Assembly (NCBI GenBank): GCA_054600435.1
Contig: BAAIJX010000007.1
Location: forward strand, 62,001-126,000
Source: Neophaeotheca triangularis
Taxonomy: Eukaryota
Length of the DNA stretch: 64,000 nucleotides
Direction: 5' to 3'
A program made the translations under genes and the position numbers. This document shows, one piece after another, positions 38,820-50,969 of the stretch; the stretch's first letter is position 1, and each line of letters starts with the position of its first letter. The notes under the pieces were generated by a model. It was not told the DNA's origin. It ran no database searches and was given only the letters and a program-made list of their open reading frames with translations.

Positions 38820-39866
38820 ATGTCATTAGTTATAAGCATTAGCTTAGACATATGCAGAAAACACGCGGGTAGTAGGCTAATAACCCCGAAAGCCGCAAGT
38901 ATAGCCTTACGCAAACCTACCGCGCCGCCCCGGAGTATCTAGCCTATATTAACGAACTTAGCACTAAGCATAACATCGAGCGTCTAAGATCTAGCGATAA
39001 GTAGGCCTACGCCTAACATCCGACCATCCTAGTTACGCAAGACGATTTGGCAATTATTGCTGTACTTAATCGCCTTTATCTCTTTCTACGCTATTCCCTA
39101 CCTAGCCTTAAACCACTTCATAACTAGGAGCTAGCGGCTTTCGATCTATGTAGTGCCGTTAGAAATGTTGTACACATTTAGAGCTAATATCTGAAACATT
39201 AACAAGAAGATAGTAGACATAGGGGTAGGGATAGAGTGCGAATTTTCCACTATCGCTCGGAATGGCATCTAATTCGCACGCGCGGCTAATATAGGCATCG
39301 AGAACGTCGCCTAGAATTGCATTATAGGACCGACAGATGTCGACGCTTACTAGCGTGCGCTTACGACACTTTAGGAATAGACCTAAGGTTTTGAGCTTAA
39401 CGTCAACGCAATCGATATATGCCTTAGCGTCGATACCGGTACTGTCCATAATGCGCGAAAACAATCTCTATCCGCAGCTACGGATAGAGCAACCTCGCTA
39501 TAGCCGTAGGAAGTGTTTCGCAGCTTCTCTAGAGAACTGGGCAGCTTAGGCCTCGAAAGGCAAAAGATAAAAGATATGGAGGACCTCTTGCAAAAAACGC
39601 AAGACACTCTAGCGCCTTACCTCTGGGTCGTTAAGGACTTAAACGCGGCCGTCTAAGAGTTAAAAACATCGCTTACCGACACACGGGCCTTTAAGGCACG
39701 CTTCTTATTAATGTTACAAGGGCTACTATCTAGCCATGAAAAGGCTCGCGAGGCTAAGAATGCCTACTATCGAAACCCGAAGACGTGGCACCGTATAGAT
39801 AGCTAAAGCAATTCTCTAACGCGTACTAGTCGATCTAGGACGAACTACTTGTACGTAGCACAATGA
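38820..39866 (+). pseudogene. Single-TM plus coiled-coil protein, RIP-inactivated
   Basis: 349-codon frame with TIWQLLLYLIAFISFYAIPYLAL hydrophobic helix followed by long amphipathic helices; interrupted by TAG/TAA stops and one TGA. Confidence 0.5.
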
Positions 39867-41078
39867 AACTCTCTACACGCTCGGCTTAGCTTGCTTGCCA
39901 TTTTGACTAAAAACCCTAGCGCTTATCTTAACTAACGATACATCGTGTAGCGTGATCCCTCTACCACTCCATTAGCAAGTTTAACTCTCCTCTTACACTG
40001 CTTCCTAAGTCTTGTCTTTACTTAGCAACGAATCTCTATGGCTACCTCGTGTTCTAGACTAGTCTCTAGGGTCGGTAAAAGCGTCGTAAGGCGATCCTGT
40101 TTCCCTTCATGTTGTCTTGAAATAGTCGGGTAATTCTCTGTCTTGATGTTAGTGTAGTCATTGCCGATAATACTATGACCTGACGAAGATTTAGGTAGGA
40201 AGTAATAGTTCCGGGTTGCTCGATATTATAACTCCCCTTCGACTTTAGGCTAGATAGCAGGTTAACCTCGTGTATAGATAAATAGCTAGTTAAAGAAGAA
40301 TTCATGCTCTATAAACCTCTCGACAAGATCGCGCTCTCTTCGAAAGATTATCGTGATAAGAGCCTAATAGAAACTATAGACATTGACAATGACGTACTCG
40401 ATGTAACGAACGATGAACACTATATTGGTAGGCGTATACTCGCTAGCCTCCGAGCTATCTAACGGGGAGGGACCACATTTTACGTCGTTACTAAGGGGAG
40501 GCTTGTTAAAAATTTAATAAGTAGGACCTAGAGAGCTTCGTAGTTCAATCGGTATTGTAAGCGGCAACATGCCCGCTAGGTAGAGGTGATCTATATAGCT
40601 ATACAGGGGAAAAGTATCCTCTTCGCTCTAATTAGACCACATTGTCTTAGTACATAGCATCGTAATATACACAGCTTATAGAGCGATAGAACCTTATCTC
40701 GAAAAAGTATGCTCTATAGTAGCGTGTTAGAGCTAAACAAGGTTAACTTAAAGTACTTAGGGGATTGAAGTGTACTAGCAGACAGCTTACTAAGACATGT
40801 CGTACTTTGTTACTAAATTTCTCTAAGTCGGCTAAGCGGTAATTAAACACGTTCTACTATCTTACTTACATATTGCAAGAATGCCTAATATGCTGATTTA
40901 TTTTCATTATAGACAGGCGCTTATAGCGAGGGAAGGGGCCTATAGCGAAGGCTTAGTAGACCGTGGCCTATTACTAAGGGGGCAATGCTAAAGTACATTT
41001 ATATAACGTAAACTCTTCCGTTTAGTTAATCACTACAACTTCACACTACACACAACTAAACGATTATATACTTCCTAT

Positions 41079-42404
41079 ATAGCAAACAAATCTATTACTA
41101 TCGTGCTTAAACCCGGAGGGGAGATTATCCGCGAGTCCTTAACCTTACTCGACCGCTCGTCTAAGCTCTTCTACGGGTTCGCTAACGCTTAAGACCCTAC
41201 CGCTTCATGGAGTACGCTCGCGAGCGCCTTCGGTATAAAAAGGTTACCTTCTATACTAGACTTCGAGCTTAACGACACGTCGCCCGGAGACTAGGCAATC
41301 TATATCGATTTCTTAGATAATAACTAAATCCTTTACGCCTTAGTCCTAGACGTTATTAAGCCGGAAGCATAGGGCCCGGTGTTTAATACTCTCACCTTAG
41401 CTTTCCTACTTAGTATACGCATTTAGGATAGGGTCTTCTACGAGGAATCTTCTAAAGCTATACTATCGCTTCTCGACAAGATCTACTATACTAACGACTT
41501 TTTCGAGATTAGGAACTTTATCGCTCGCCTCCTCCGCACTAGCTTCATAGAATCCGCTAGCGACCTTATGTCTTTTACTGTTAACAATGTAGTCTACTGC
41601 TTACAGTACGCTAGCGCTTCTCGACCCGATCCTATCGAGAAACGCTACTATAGACTACGGGAACGCCTACTCGACGCACGCGTAACGGCTAAGGACGAGG
41701 TCGCCGTCCTTCGTCGTAGACTCGTAGAGGTGTAAGAAACTCTATAGCTTACTATATAGGTCGAGAGAATAGCAGCTCATAGTAACGTTACGACGGAGCT
41801 AGCGCAAAAGCTCATCGAAAAGGAGGCTACTCTTAACGCTATATACGATGATTTGCTATAGCTACGCCGGGACTACGACCTTCGGACGGAAGTATTACGA
41901 GTAATAGTCGTAAAATAAGGCCGAGCGTTACTCGAGGAGACGGTAGAAAAGCGAACACGACGGGAGTAACTATAGAATGCGAGCGCGGTGCTCACGAGCC
42001 TATTAGAATCGGATAATAGGCCTCCTCTCCTATTTATACCTACGCTACTAGAGTACGTTCCGTCTACTTCCTCGATTGCCGACGGCGCTAGCCCTATCCC
42101 TCCTAACTTCGGCGCGGATCAAGCGACCCTATTGCCTAGCCACGTCGACATGACTAAAGAGCTAAACGCATAGCTTCTAGGTAAAGTAGAAGTTGCTAAC
42201 GCGTTAGCCGAAGTCGTCGATGTAGCCGAGTCTTAGCTAGCCCTAGACGAAGTATTAGATGCGGTTAGTAGCGAGGAAAGTAGGGAAGGCGGCAAGGTCG
42301 GGAAAAGGGGTTCGGACGATTTAGAGACTAAGAGTATCGAAGGCGTGCCCGTGTCGAAGCGTAGTCGTATTAGATCTCTATCGCTCTCTTTACCGAGGGT
42401 CTGA
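41079..42404 (+). pseudogene. BTB/POZ-like domain plus coiled-coil protein, RIP-inactivated
   Basis: 442-codon frame starting ATA (probable RIP'd ATG): ITIVL..LTLLDRSSKLF…LNDTSPGD*AIYIDFL…LTLAFLLSIRI*DRVF, resembling the fungal BTB pattern; then heptads and an acidic/basic tail. Confidence 0.6.
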
Positions 42405-44960
42405 TTTAGGCGGCACAAGTGATTTGGATTTGCTATCTTGTAAACTTTATCTATTAAATCATCGACAGATTAACTCCCCCTAGCTAGAGCGCTATTGTAA
42501 GATCCTATAGCCTCGTCGATTTAGCGACTTTATAATAATAAGCTTACGACGACGGCCCGTAGCGGCCTTATCGAAAGAAGCAGATCTTAAACGCCAAGAA
42601 ATATTGACCTAGCGGCTGCTAAAAGGTATTACGAAAAACCTCATGTAGAGTAGGACTATAGAAGAAGCATGCCGAATAAGACATGAGTCGGGGTAGAAAG
42701 TTAATTGAAAACAGCTCGTAACGCTCGATACTCTATAAATGTGGACCGAAGAGCCGATCGTTACACGTGCTAAAGTGGCCGGTAACGCTACGAGGGCTAC
42801 TGCTTTTTGCTCTTCTAATCGCGGCGGCTAGATAAACTAAGTGCTATCCGCACCGTTACCTATGTCTATGTCATTCTCCCCCTTTATAGAGAAAGGCTCC
42901 TCCTCGTCATCCTACTACTACTCCTCCGAGGGTTAGTTCTTCGAGGTTTTACGCTTACGCTTTAATGCGTTTAAGCTATAGCCGTCTCCTATACTACTAG
43001 TCGTGTTAGCAATAGTAACGGGCTACATGTCTAGTAGCGACACCTCGACTTGTTTAGCGACTTCGACGACTACCTCGGCGGACTAAGTCTTGATTTTAAG
43101 CTTTATGCCACACTTAAACTAAACGCCCTATTCATCTAGTATAGGGGCCGTCTAGACCCATTTGTCGACGATAGACATTACTGTAATAGTTTAGCACGAA
43201 GCAACTTATTAGGGTTAAAAGGGTTTACTTACCGAGAAAGAAGAGTCTAACGATAGAGGTTAGGTATACGTATAGCGGGTTAGGTGGTTAGGTAGTAGTA
43301 GTGAGAGGTATCGGCGTAGGTTATGTTAGACTGACCGTAATTTGTCGTAAAGAGACGTGCGGATCGGGGTATTAAGTATCTTAGGGTATTGTATGCGATT
43401 CTTAACAACGCCGTGTTCTATAGCGCACATTAGAGGCGTATAAAGGTGAAGCGAAACACTTACCAAATTAGCTAGGACAAGAGAAATAAGTCGCACCTCG
43501 GATAGGTTGCCTATTAGTAGCTGTTTAGGCTAGCCATGTACGGTGTTGTCTCGTTAATCTATTTACTAAGCATTCCTTCCATGTGTAGTTACTAGGACAC
43601 TTGACTTCTTCCTATAACCTATAGGTAGCGTGCTACGTCGCTTTTTCGTAAGATTTGGCTAGCTAGGTACGAAGCTGCTAGTACGCTTACCTACCTTCTA
43701 GGTGTTCAAATTCGCGCCGGCGGGGTGTTAAGATCTGCCTAGATCTTGTCGAAGAGTTTTAAACCGACGACCTTAGGAGGTTATTCATAATTAAAGGTAG
43801 CGTTGCCGCTCGAAACACCTTACGTGCCCAATATATAGCTGTATTATGTAATTCTAGTAGAACGCTTTAGCCTTTGCCCGTATACCCGTATCCTTCCTTA
43901 GCCCTTCTCCTATCTCTACCGACGGACATGTCAAAATATGGCTCTAATCCCTAAATATCTATTACTGAAATTCTTCTACTCCGACGAAGAGAGTCGCGGC
44001 GTTTTCTGACAGGTTTAGCTTACACAAATGGCTGACTCCGTGTTTTAACATGATTAAGTCTAGCTTCCTATCCCCTTCGGTGTTGTAGAGGGTAGTATAG
44101 TCGAACTTGTTTCCGACATCTAGCTAGCCGTTTAACGCTTAGAGAAAGGTGAAGCAGTATTCGCGGTAGACTATAGTCGCGTGTAGCCTATAAGCTATCG
44201 GATAAGGCTTAGTAACGGTAGTGTCGTATAAGATACACGGAAAAGTCGTCGTTAGCGATAGGGTACGCTGTGCACTAAAGTAGACAGGCGCCTTTTCATC
44301 GGTCTAATCCGGCGATGCCTCTATCTCTTTCTCGGCACGGAACGATATACGAATGTCTAGTCCATTTTCTGCTAATAGCTTGATAATGAAGAAGTCCTTT
44401 ACGCTAGTACTAAGTACTATCGAGGATAGGCTGTTCGATACAATGTAGCCTTAGGCCTTATAGTTTTAGGTCTAAGTCATAGTCCCTACGAAGATGCCTC
44501 CTACTTTACTACCTCCGCCGTTACTACCGGTTGCCGCCCCTTAGTGCTATAGGTTAGCAACGCTATCTTGTATCTTTAGGGTAGGGTTACATTACTATCG
44601 TCTTCTGCGAGCTTCTCTATAGTAATGAAGGACGTTAAGTTCTAGTTCGACAGGATTTGAATAGGCTAGAAGAAGACTAGCTAGCGTAGCTACGTAGTAT
44701 CGTAGGTAAGTAAGTCATGGTGTTGCGTTCGTTGCGTTGTCCTGTAAACGCTTTAGGTAATGGCAACATCGCTAGACATCTCTTTTACCGACGCTCGCCT
44801 ACTTTTAAGGGGCGACTAGAATAACATACGCCGTGTTAAAACGAGCCTACGTTTCCTATATTATGCTAACCTCTCACTAGAATTCAGCCCTCAAACAAAC
44901 TACCTCTTTCTAACGAACTACGGCGAACTAAGCCTTAAGGAATCACGTATCCCCTCTTAA

Positions 44961-45560
44961 ATGACGGGCACCTTACCGGCTTCGGGCAAGGGGGACTACG
45001 GCGGTCGGCAAAGTTTAATCTTCTTCTCCCTACCGAGCGAACTCCGTAATAAAGTCTACACCTATAGCCTCGTCGCACTAGAACCGATCACAATTACTAG
45101 CAACAACGCAAGAATGTTTAAGGAGCTAGCAATACTAGTCGTCTATAAGCAGATTAGGGAAGAAGTATCGTATATCTTCTAGGCCAACAATCGCTTTAGG
45201 ATCCTAATCGACCATGTAATCGACGACAGCATTATGGCCTAGCTTAAAGTCGTCTCACGCTATCACTAGCACTTAATCGAGCAGCTAGTACTAGTATACG
45301 TGACCACTTAATCCGGTATCGACTTCGTAAAAAGCGTCACCTATAGGATGTCGGAACCGCGGGCGAGCTTATAACATAACGCTACGGAGACTCTATAGGT
45401 GATATACTAGGCCGGCTTCCTAATAAGGAAGTTAAGTTTTAAGCCCTTCTACCCTTTCGAGAGCTTAGAGAGGCAAGACAAGGCTATAGGGCGGTTCTAG
45501 CGATAGTTGTCGGCTATAGTAGAACAGAAGTAGGATATACTAGGGAGGAGATAATTAACG
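44961..45560 (+). pseudogene. F-box-like (2EXR/DUF7730-type) protein, RIP-inactivated
   Basis: FFSLPSELRNKVYTYSLV…ELAILVVYKQIREEVSYIF*ANNRF matches the LP.ELR..IY…P.LL..C.QIR.E….F…N.F pattern of this expanded Dothideomycete family. Confidence 0.75.
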
Positions 45561-45759
45561 ATATAATAGGTTAAAGGGCGGGCGGGCGCTAGGGCGGACG
45601 GGGCGGGTACTACTATAAAAGGCCGTAAGAGTAGTGTAAATGGCATCCGATAACGAAGAGCATCTATCGCCGTTATACATAATCCCTCCCTACTACTATA
45701 AGAGAACTTCTAAACCCCTACTACGACTAACCTCGATAAAGGAAGTTTACGACGACAGC

Positions 45760-46410
45760 TAGGCGCAGCTCTTATCTATACGGTCTAAGACTCCTTACGC
45801 GTTCCTTAATGCTTCTTCTAGCTCGTTGTAGCGCTACCGAAGGTAGTCGCTTTCGAGTTTAGTCTCTAGCGATAGCGCTATCCGATCGCCCTCCTAATGT
45901 CCCTCTAAGCTACTAAATTCATGCCGTTACTATAATCTTTCACGTATATCGTTCCTTTCGAATACATTTTCCTCTAAGGCTCGTTTAAGCTTCTCTAGCC
46001 TAGAGTTAGAGAAATCTAACGACCTCTAAGTGTCGGCAAGATCGGCACGAAGCGAGTACGAGCGAGCGACCAGGTCTCGTATCGCGTCTAGCATTAAGGG
46101 TATATAGGCATTAATCTTACTTTCCTATCCTAGAGCCTCTACGCTTTCTATTGCTATCCTATAGAAGTGTTGCTCCTACTTACTAGTCTTAGCCTAGTCG
46201 TCTTTAAGGTCCTTGATCTGTATCGTGTATCGGAGCCGCTCTTCTTAGGCCGTTTCTAATGCAACCTTAGTTGCCTACAACTCCTAACCGATTTCGTGAA
46301 CCTTGTTGTGTTTAGTACGCGCTGCCTCCTTCTACGCCTCGAGGTCTTTCGATCTTTCCGCTCTTACTACCTCTACTATCTTACTGTAGAGCTTACCTCT
46401 AGTGAATACG
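45760..46410 (-). pseudogene. Coiled-coil protein, RIP-inactivated
   Basis: Heptad-rich frame (KDLEA*KEAAR…RLEKLKRALEE…RYNELEEALRN) with TAG/TAA stops. Confidence 0.4.
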
Positions 46411-46819
46411 TAACTCATTTGAAAAGTGTTAATCACTACGTACGCCGTTATGATGTTGTTACTAGATACTTAGTACTGTCGTTCAAGTTGCCTAGGACTC
46501 GTATATAATTAGAGGTCGATCGTAGGCGATAATGATGTATCCGGTCGAGGCGTCCTATAGAGTAACAGCATAGTAGTGAAGGCCTATTTATAGTATAGAC
46601 ATGAGCACTATAAAGAGTGTTCTACTTGTTTAAAGTTGACTTAGAGCCTTAAGACAATTTAAAACTACCGGTACACGCTCGTTCGAGTAAGCGTTCGTCT
46701 AACGGACCATTCGCCAAAATCACTTAAAACACAACACATCTTGCTCGTAGTAAGTAGATCAAAGCTGAGGATGTTTAGGTAGATACGTTCGAGCTATAGG
46801 CTAAGGCTTCGACAGAAAG

Positions 46820-47451
46820 GCCTTTATCTACTCCCCTATCCCGCTCTAGCCCTTGTTAAATCGCCACAATCGGGTGTCTTAGAGACATGTTTACCGCCCT
46901 ATAGCAGAATTCGGTAAGAGCCCTTCTAGTATCTCTAATAACTATACACGGAGACTCTTAAGATCTGCGTTTGTAGGGTTAAGCGTGTACATCGTGTCGT
47001 TAAGAGTTTTAAGGGATAGTTAATTCGGCGATAGCTTAGCCCTTATCGCAATAGCCGTGCTACTAGCTTCATCGTAAAGCTTCTATAGCCTACGCTTAGG
47101 GCGCGTACTTAATAAGCCATATACCTATGCCTTCGGATCGAGCTTAAACGTATATACTTCCCTCGCTTCTCGAGCGTTACGTTTCGATTCATTAATGTAT
47201 TAGGCTGTTAAGTCGAGGCAACGATCGAGGCTTTATGCATTACTATAGGCATCCGACATGCCTAGCTAAGCGCTAATCGCTAGTGACTCCTAGTAGTAGC
47301 GATTAATGGGTTCTCCTAAAGCTATGGCGTATACATTTAGGCGGTCGTCTACTTGTGTGGCGAGTAGCGTACTCCTATTAATGGGATCGCTAAAGTTACA
47401 CTTGTGCCTAAGCCCTAGAATATCCGTTTGATATTCGAGATCAATGCTCAT
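46820..47451 (-). pseudogene. Hypothetical protein, RIP-inactivated
   Basis: ATG at 47451 (MSIDLEYQTDILGL…), ~200 codons broken only by TAG/TAA. Confidence 0.4.
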
Positions 47452-48148
47452 TTTAGTTAGTTATCGAATGTAGTCGATCGGTATCACTTCGAGGGGAGAT
47501 CTAGCGATAGCTACGGGAGTATAGTCGCGTCGTACGGCTAATACTAGGACTGCGGCGCCTACTATTAGGAGTAGTAGGGCGAGTATTTGCCACGTTTATA
47601 GGGCAGGAATATGGGCCCGCGAGGGTACCTCTACATCTTTCGCGTCTCGTGAGTTCTACACTAGCGTTAGGGGTCGTTACGAGATCCGTATAGCCGCGGA
47701 AGATGTTGTCGTTATAGGTAATGGCGATTCTAGCGAACGGGTCGCCTATATGCTTTATGAAGTCCTACTACGGGGCGTACTAGTACGCCCTTTACCGGCG
47801 CGCTTGTTGTACTCGTATAATCCTCTTCTTTCTACCCTATCTATACCGGTTTGATACTAGACTAGAGCAGATAGCCGTCGCCGATCTTAATAACGGACTT
47901 AATAAACTCGAACGAGCTCGCTAAGCACGTGGTTTATTTGTTTCTCCCCTTACTCTAGAGACAATCCCAAAAATGGCCCGGAAGCCGTACGTAGTTATGT
48001 TGTATAGCTAAGTTAGGGGTGTCTAGTGAACTCGATTATATCTTGGCCGACCGTCAAATGAGGTATATAAGGCGTGCTCAAAACTCAACTAGCTATTTAT
48101 ACGCTATAATCTAACACAACGTATACTGTACTAACTTCGGCCTTTACT

Positions 48149-48727
48149 ATGACATTTGTATAGGGCTAGAACGCCGTCACGGGCGACTTAGCCCTCGTAG
48201 ACGCGGCTAACGACGATTCGTACAGTAGGCTACAGATTGTTAACGCCGCTCACAAAGATTTGGCAATCAACCTACTAGGTGAAATCGTTACCTACCTCTA
48301 CAACATGCGCTAGCTTTCCCTACTACCCGAGGCAATAAGTGAGCTAGATGAACTCGAGCTAAGAACTAACGACATCGCTACTTCGAAGTTAAAGGACTGC
48401 CTACTAGCTCTTGAAACAGAAAACGACGAAGGGAACAGCGCATAACCGATAGATGACAATGCGTCTAGACCGTCGCGGCCCCGTAGTTAGCTTAGCCGGT
48501 TTCGCTTAACCTAGTAGACCCGGTACGTAGCTTTAAGTAGAGCGAATACTTCGGCCCGAGTTGCTACCTTTTCTAGCTTCGGCTAGGATAAAGTTACATC
48601 TCGTCGGCCGCTCGCTTTCCCGCCACTAACGTTATTCTTCTATAGACGTCAATACGATATCGCCGAACATGCCGTCGCATTGTTTAACTACGTGGCCCCG
48701 CCCGATTATAGCACTTGTAACTGTTAA
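48149..48727 (+). pseudogene. Hypothetical protein, RIP-inactivated
   Basis: ATG at 48149; protein-like frame (…AHKDLAINLLGEIVTYLYNMR…) with TAG/TAA stops; TATA-like TATATAA ~80 bp upstream. Confidence 0.4.
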
Positions 48728-49630
48728 AACTCACGGACTAATTAGCTAGATAGTCGGGAGATAGAGCGATAACAAGGGGTTACGTTATCGGTATAGCTAG
48801 GAGTGTCGGTCTTATAGATAGTATCATAAGTTAGTTGTAAGAAGAAAACTAGAGGCTTCCTACAAGATAGTAGAGGTATTACTAGGTGCTATAGTTAGGA
48901 GGTAGGGAGCGAGGGTAGTTAGGAACGGTAGAAGCTATCTATACCTTTTGAGATTGCGTACGTGACGGAGTAGTGTTCGGGCGGCCCGTCTCGGCCCGTG
49001 AGCGGCGTATAACGCTTAATTAAGACCTTACCTCCTGTCTAGCCTTGTATTACGCCGAGTAATTAGTAGGATAGTCATTTCAATGAGATAGGGAGCTACT
49101 AACTTTGTCTTTCTAATTACATGTTCGTTCATAACATAACTCTTAATTTGTGCCTTAAAGCTATTACCCGAGAGACAGCAATCTTAGGTAAAGATAGACC
49201 TCCCCCCCCCCCCCCCGTTTCCTTTGATTCACATCGTATGTACATATATATAGCTTTCTAGAAAGTGTAATAGCCTAATACTAGGTGTTTAGGGCCGACG
49301 CATATTCCTAGAGATAGCGAAATTACTAGCGAAAATACTTTCAAGGTAGTTAATCCTAATAGACTTAAACATAAGATTAGAAAAACTAACAAATAAGACA
49401 TATACATGACTTACTTAAATGTTGACTTACTTAAATGTTTTACCCGATTAAACCCCTAATCCTAACGAGGCCGGGCGAAATAAGCCCTACCTAGATGTAT
49501 AAAAAGTGATCGCCGGATTTTTAGGTTTGTCTCCTTCCTCTAAATCCTTAGATCAATCAATTCTTCGACAAACACACTTAACGCCTATCCCTTATCACTC
49601 TACGAGTTTAGTATATATAACACTCCCTAC

Positions 49631-50350
49631 TATAGACAGAGAACTGCTCGCTCGTCTTAGCGAAACCTTACGTAACGTCCTTACGACTTCTCCCGTCAAA
49701 TTCTCTAAGAGGGCATCCCTCTTCCTATAGTCTCTAGCTAATGGCTTCGCCTACTAAACTACCGACGAAACTTTTAAGAGTCTCCTATAGGCCGCCCTCT
49801 AGACTAAGGAGTCATTGTCTCGTCGCGCGCAAGATCTTTTTCTAGCTACTACTGTTACCGTTGCCGAGTTTCCGGTTAGCTACGACTAGAGTACCGCGGT
49901 CGCCGCCATCATCATTATCATCGTCGTAGCCTAATGCGGACGCGGTCGATTCATCTACCGCTTTAAGGCTCATATCTCGAGCATCATCTTCTACGCTTTT
50001 TCGTGGGTTCGATTAACTAGACGCCTTCTATCGGTTTCCCTTACATTCGCATTAGCTACGGTCTAGGTCGCTTTTACTATCGCAACCTACACAGTGTAAG
50101 TTTAAGCTCGACTTATGTTATATCATATCCTCTACTAACCTAGCCTACATAGGCTTTTCCTGTTAGCGCTCTAAATACGGAGGCGCCGATAGTCGCGAAC
50201 GGGTTACGGCGCTAGCTTGTGAGAATTACTCGTAGAGGCGGAGTTAGGCGTTACTTAGCTATACATTAGAAGGGACTAGGATGTCTAGGAGAACAACTAA
50301 ACTTTGTGTAATGAGATCGGTTATAATTACCGACACGATAAACGATAAAA
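49631..50350 (+). pseudogene. Membrane protein, RIP-inactivated
   Basis: Hydrophobic segments (TAVAAIIIIIVVA; LLSVSLTFALATV*VAFTIA) and a GTAAGT…CTAAC…AG intron at ~50096-50151. Confidence 0.4.
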
Positions 50351-50969
50351 CAATACACTCTATAGTCTACTAGCCTATTCCTATCTACTACATAATCCTT
50401 CTCCGCAATTCCCCGCCCTAGCTATACTAAGTACCTTAGTGCCTACGGGCTACTGCCGATGTGCCGCCTTCTTAGTTCTAGTTATCGTGGCCTAACTCTA
50501 GGCTCTTAGGGATAGTCATTGCCTTACTACTATTACTAGACATAGCTCCCCCCTCTTAGTAGATCTCTAGTACGTTGTCGACGAACGTGTTAACCTTGTC
50601 GGTAACCTCTACGGAAGCGTTAATAGTGTAGTCCTCGGCGAGGCGAACGACGATACGGAGTTTTAGGCTGTACTCGACCTAGCGGCCTCGCCGATCCTAA
50701 TGCGGCGAGACAAACACCTATCGCTCGAACGTCGCTATCGTAAGGAGTAGTAAAGGAGTCTTTAGCGCCTAAGTTCTTAAAGTTAGCAATACGTTCTTAG
50801 CGGGTATTTGCTACCCTCTTACACTTACCGAGTAAACCTAAGCGTAAGTACCGGTTTTTAGTTAGGAGGAGCGGTAGCCGTAGAGTCTATCCTGTTTTCT
50901 TAGAATTAGGCCGGGTTCAATTCTCTCTCCTTACGATTAATAATAACGAGACAAACTAACCTGACACGA

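Noticed and set aside
49408..49439. Short tandem duplication TGACTTACTTAAATGT x2, and homopolymer runs at ~17772-17788 (G) and 49202-49216 (C)
   Set aside because: Simple slippage-type repeats with no spacer structure; not CRISPR-like and no sign of function.
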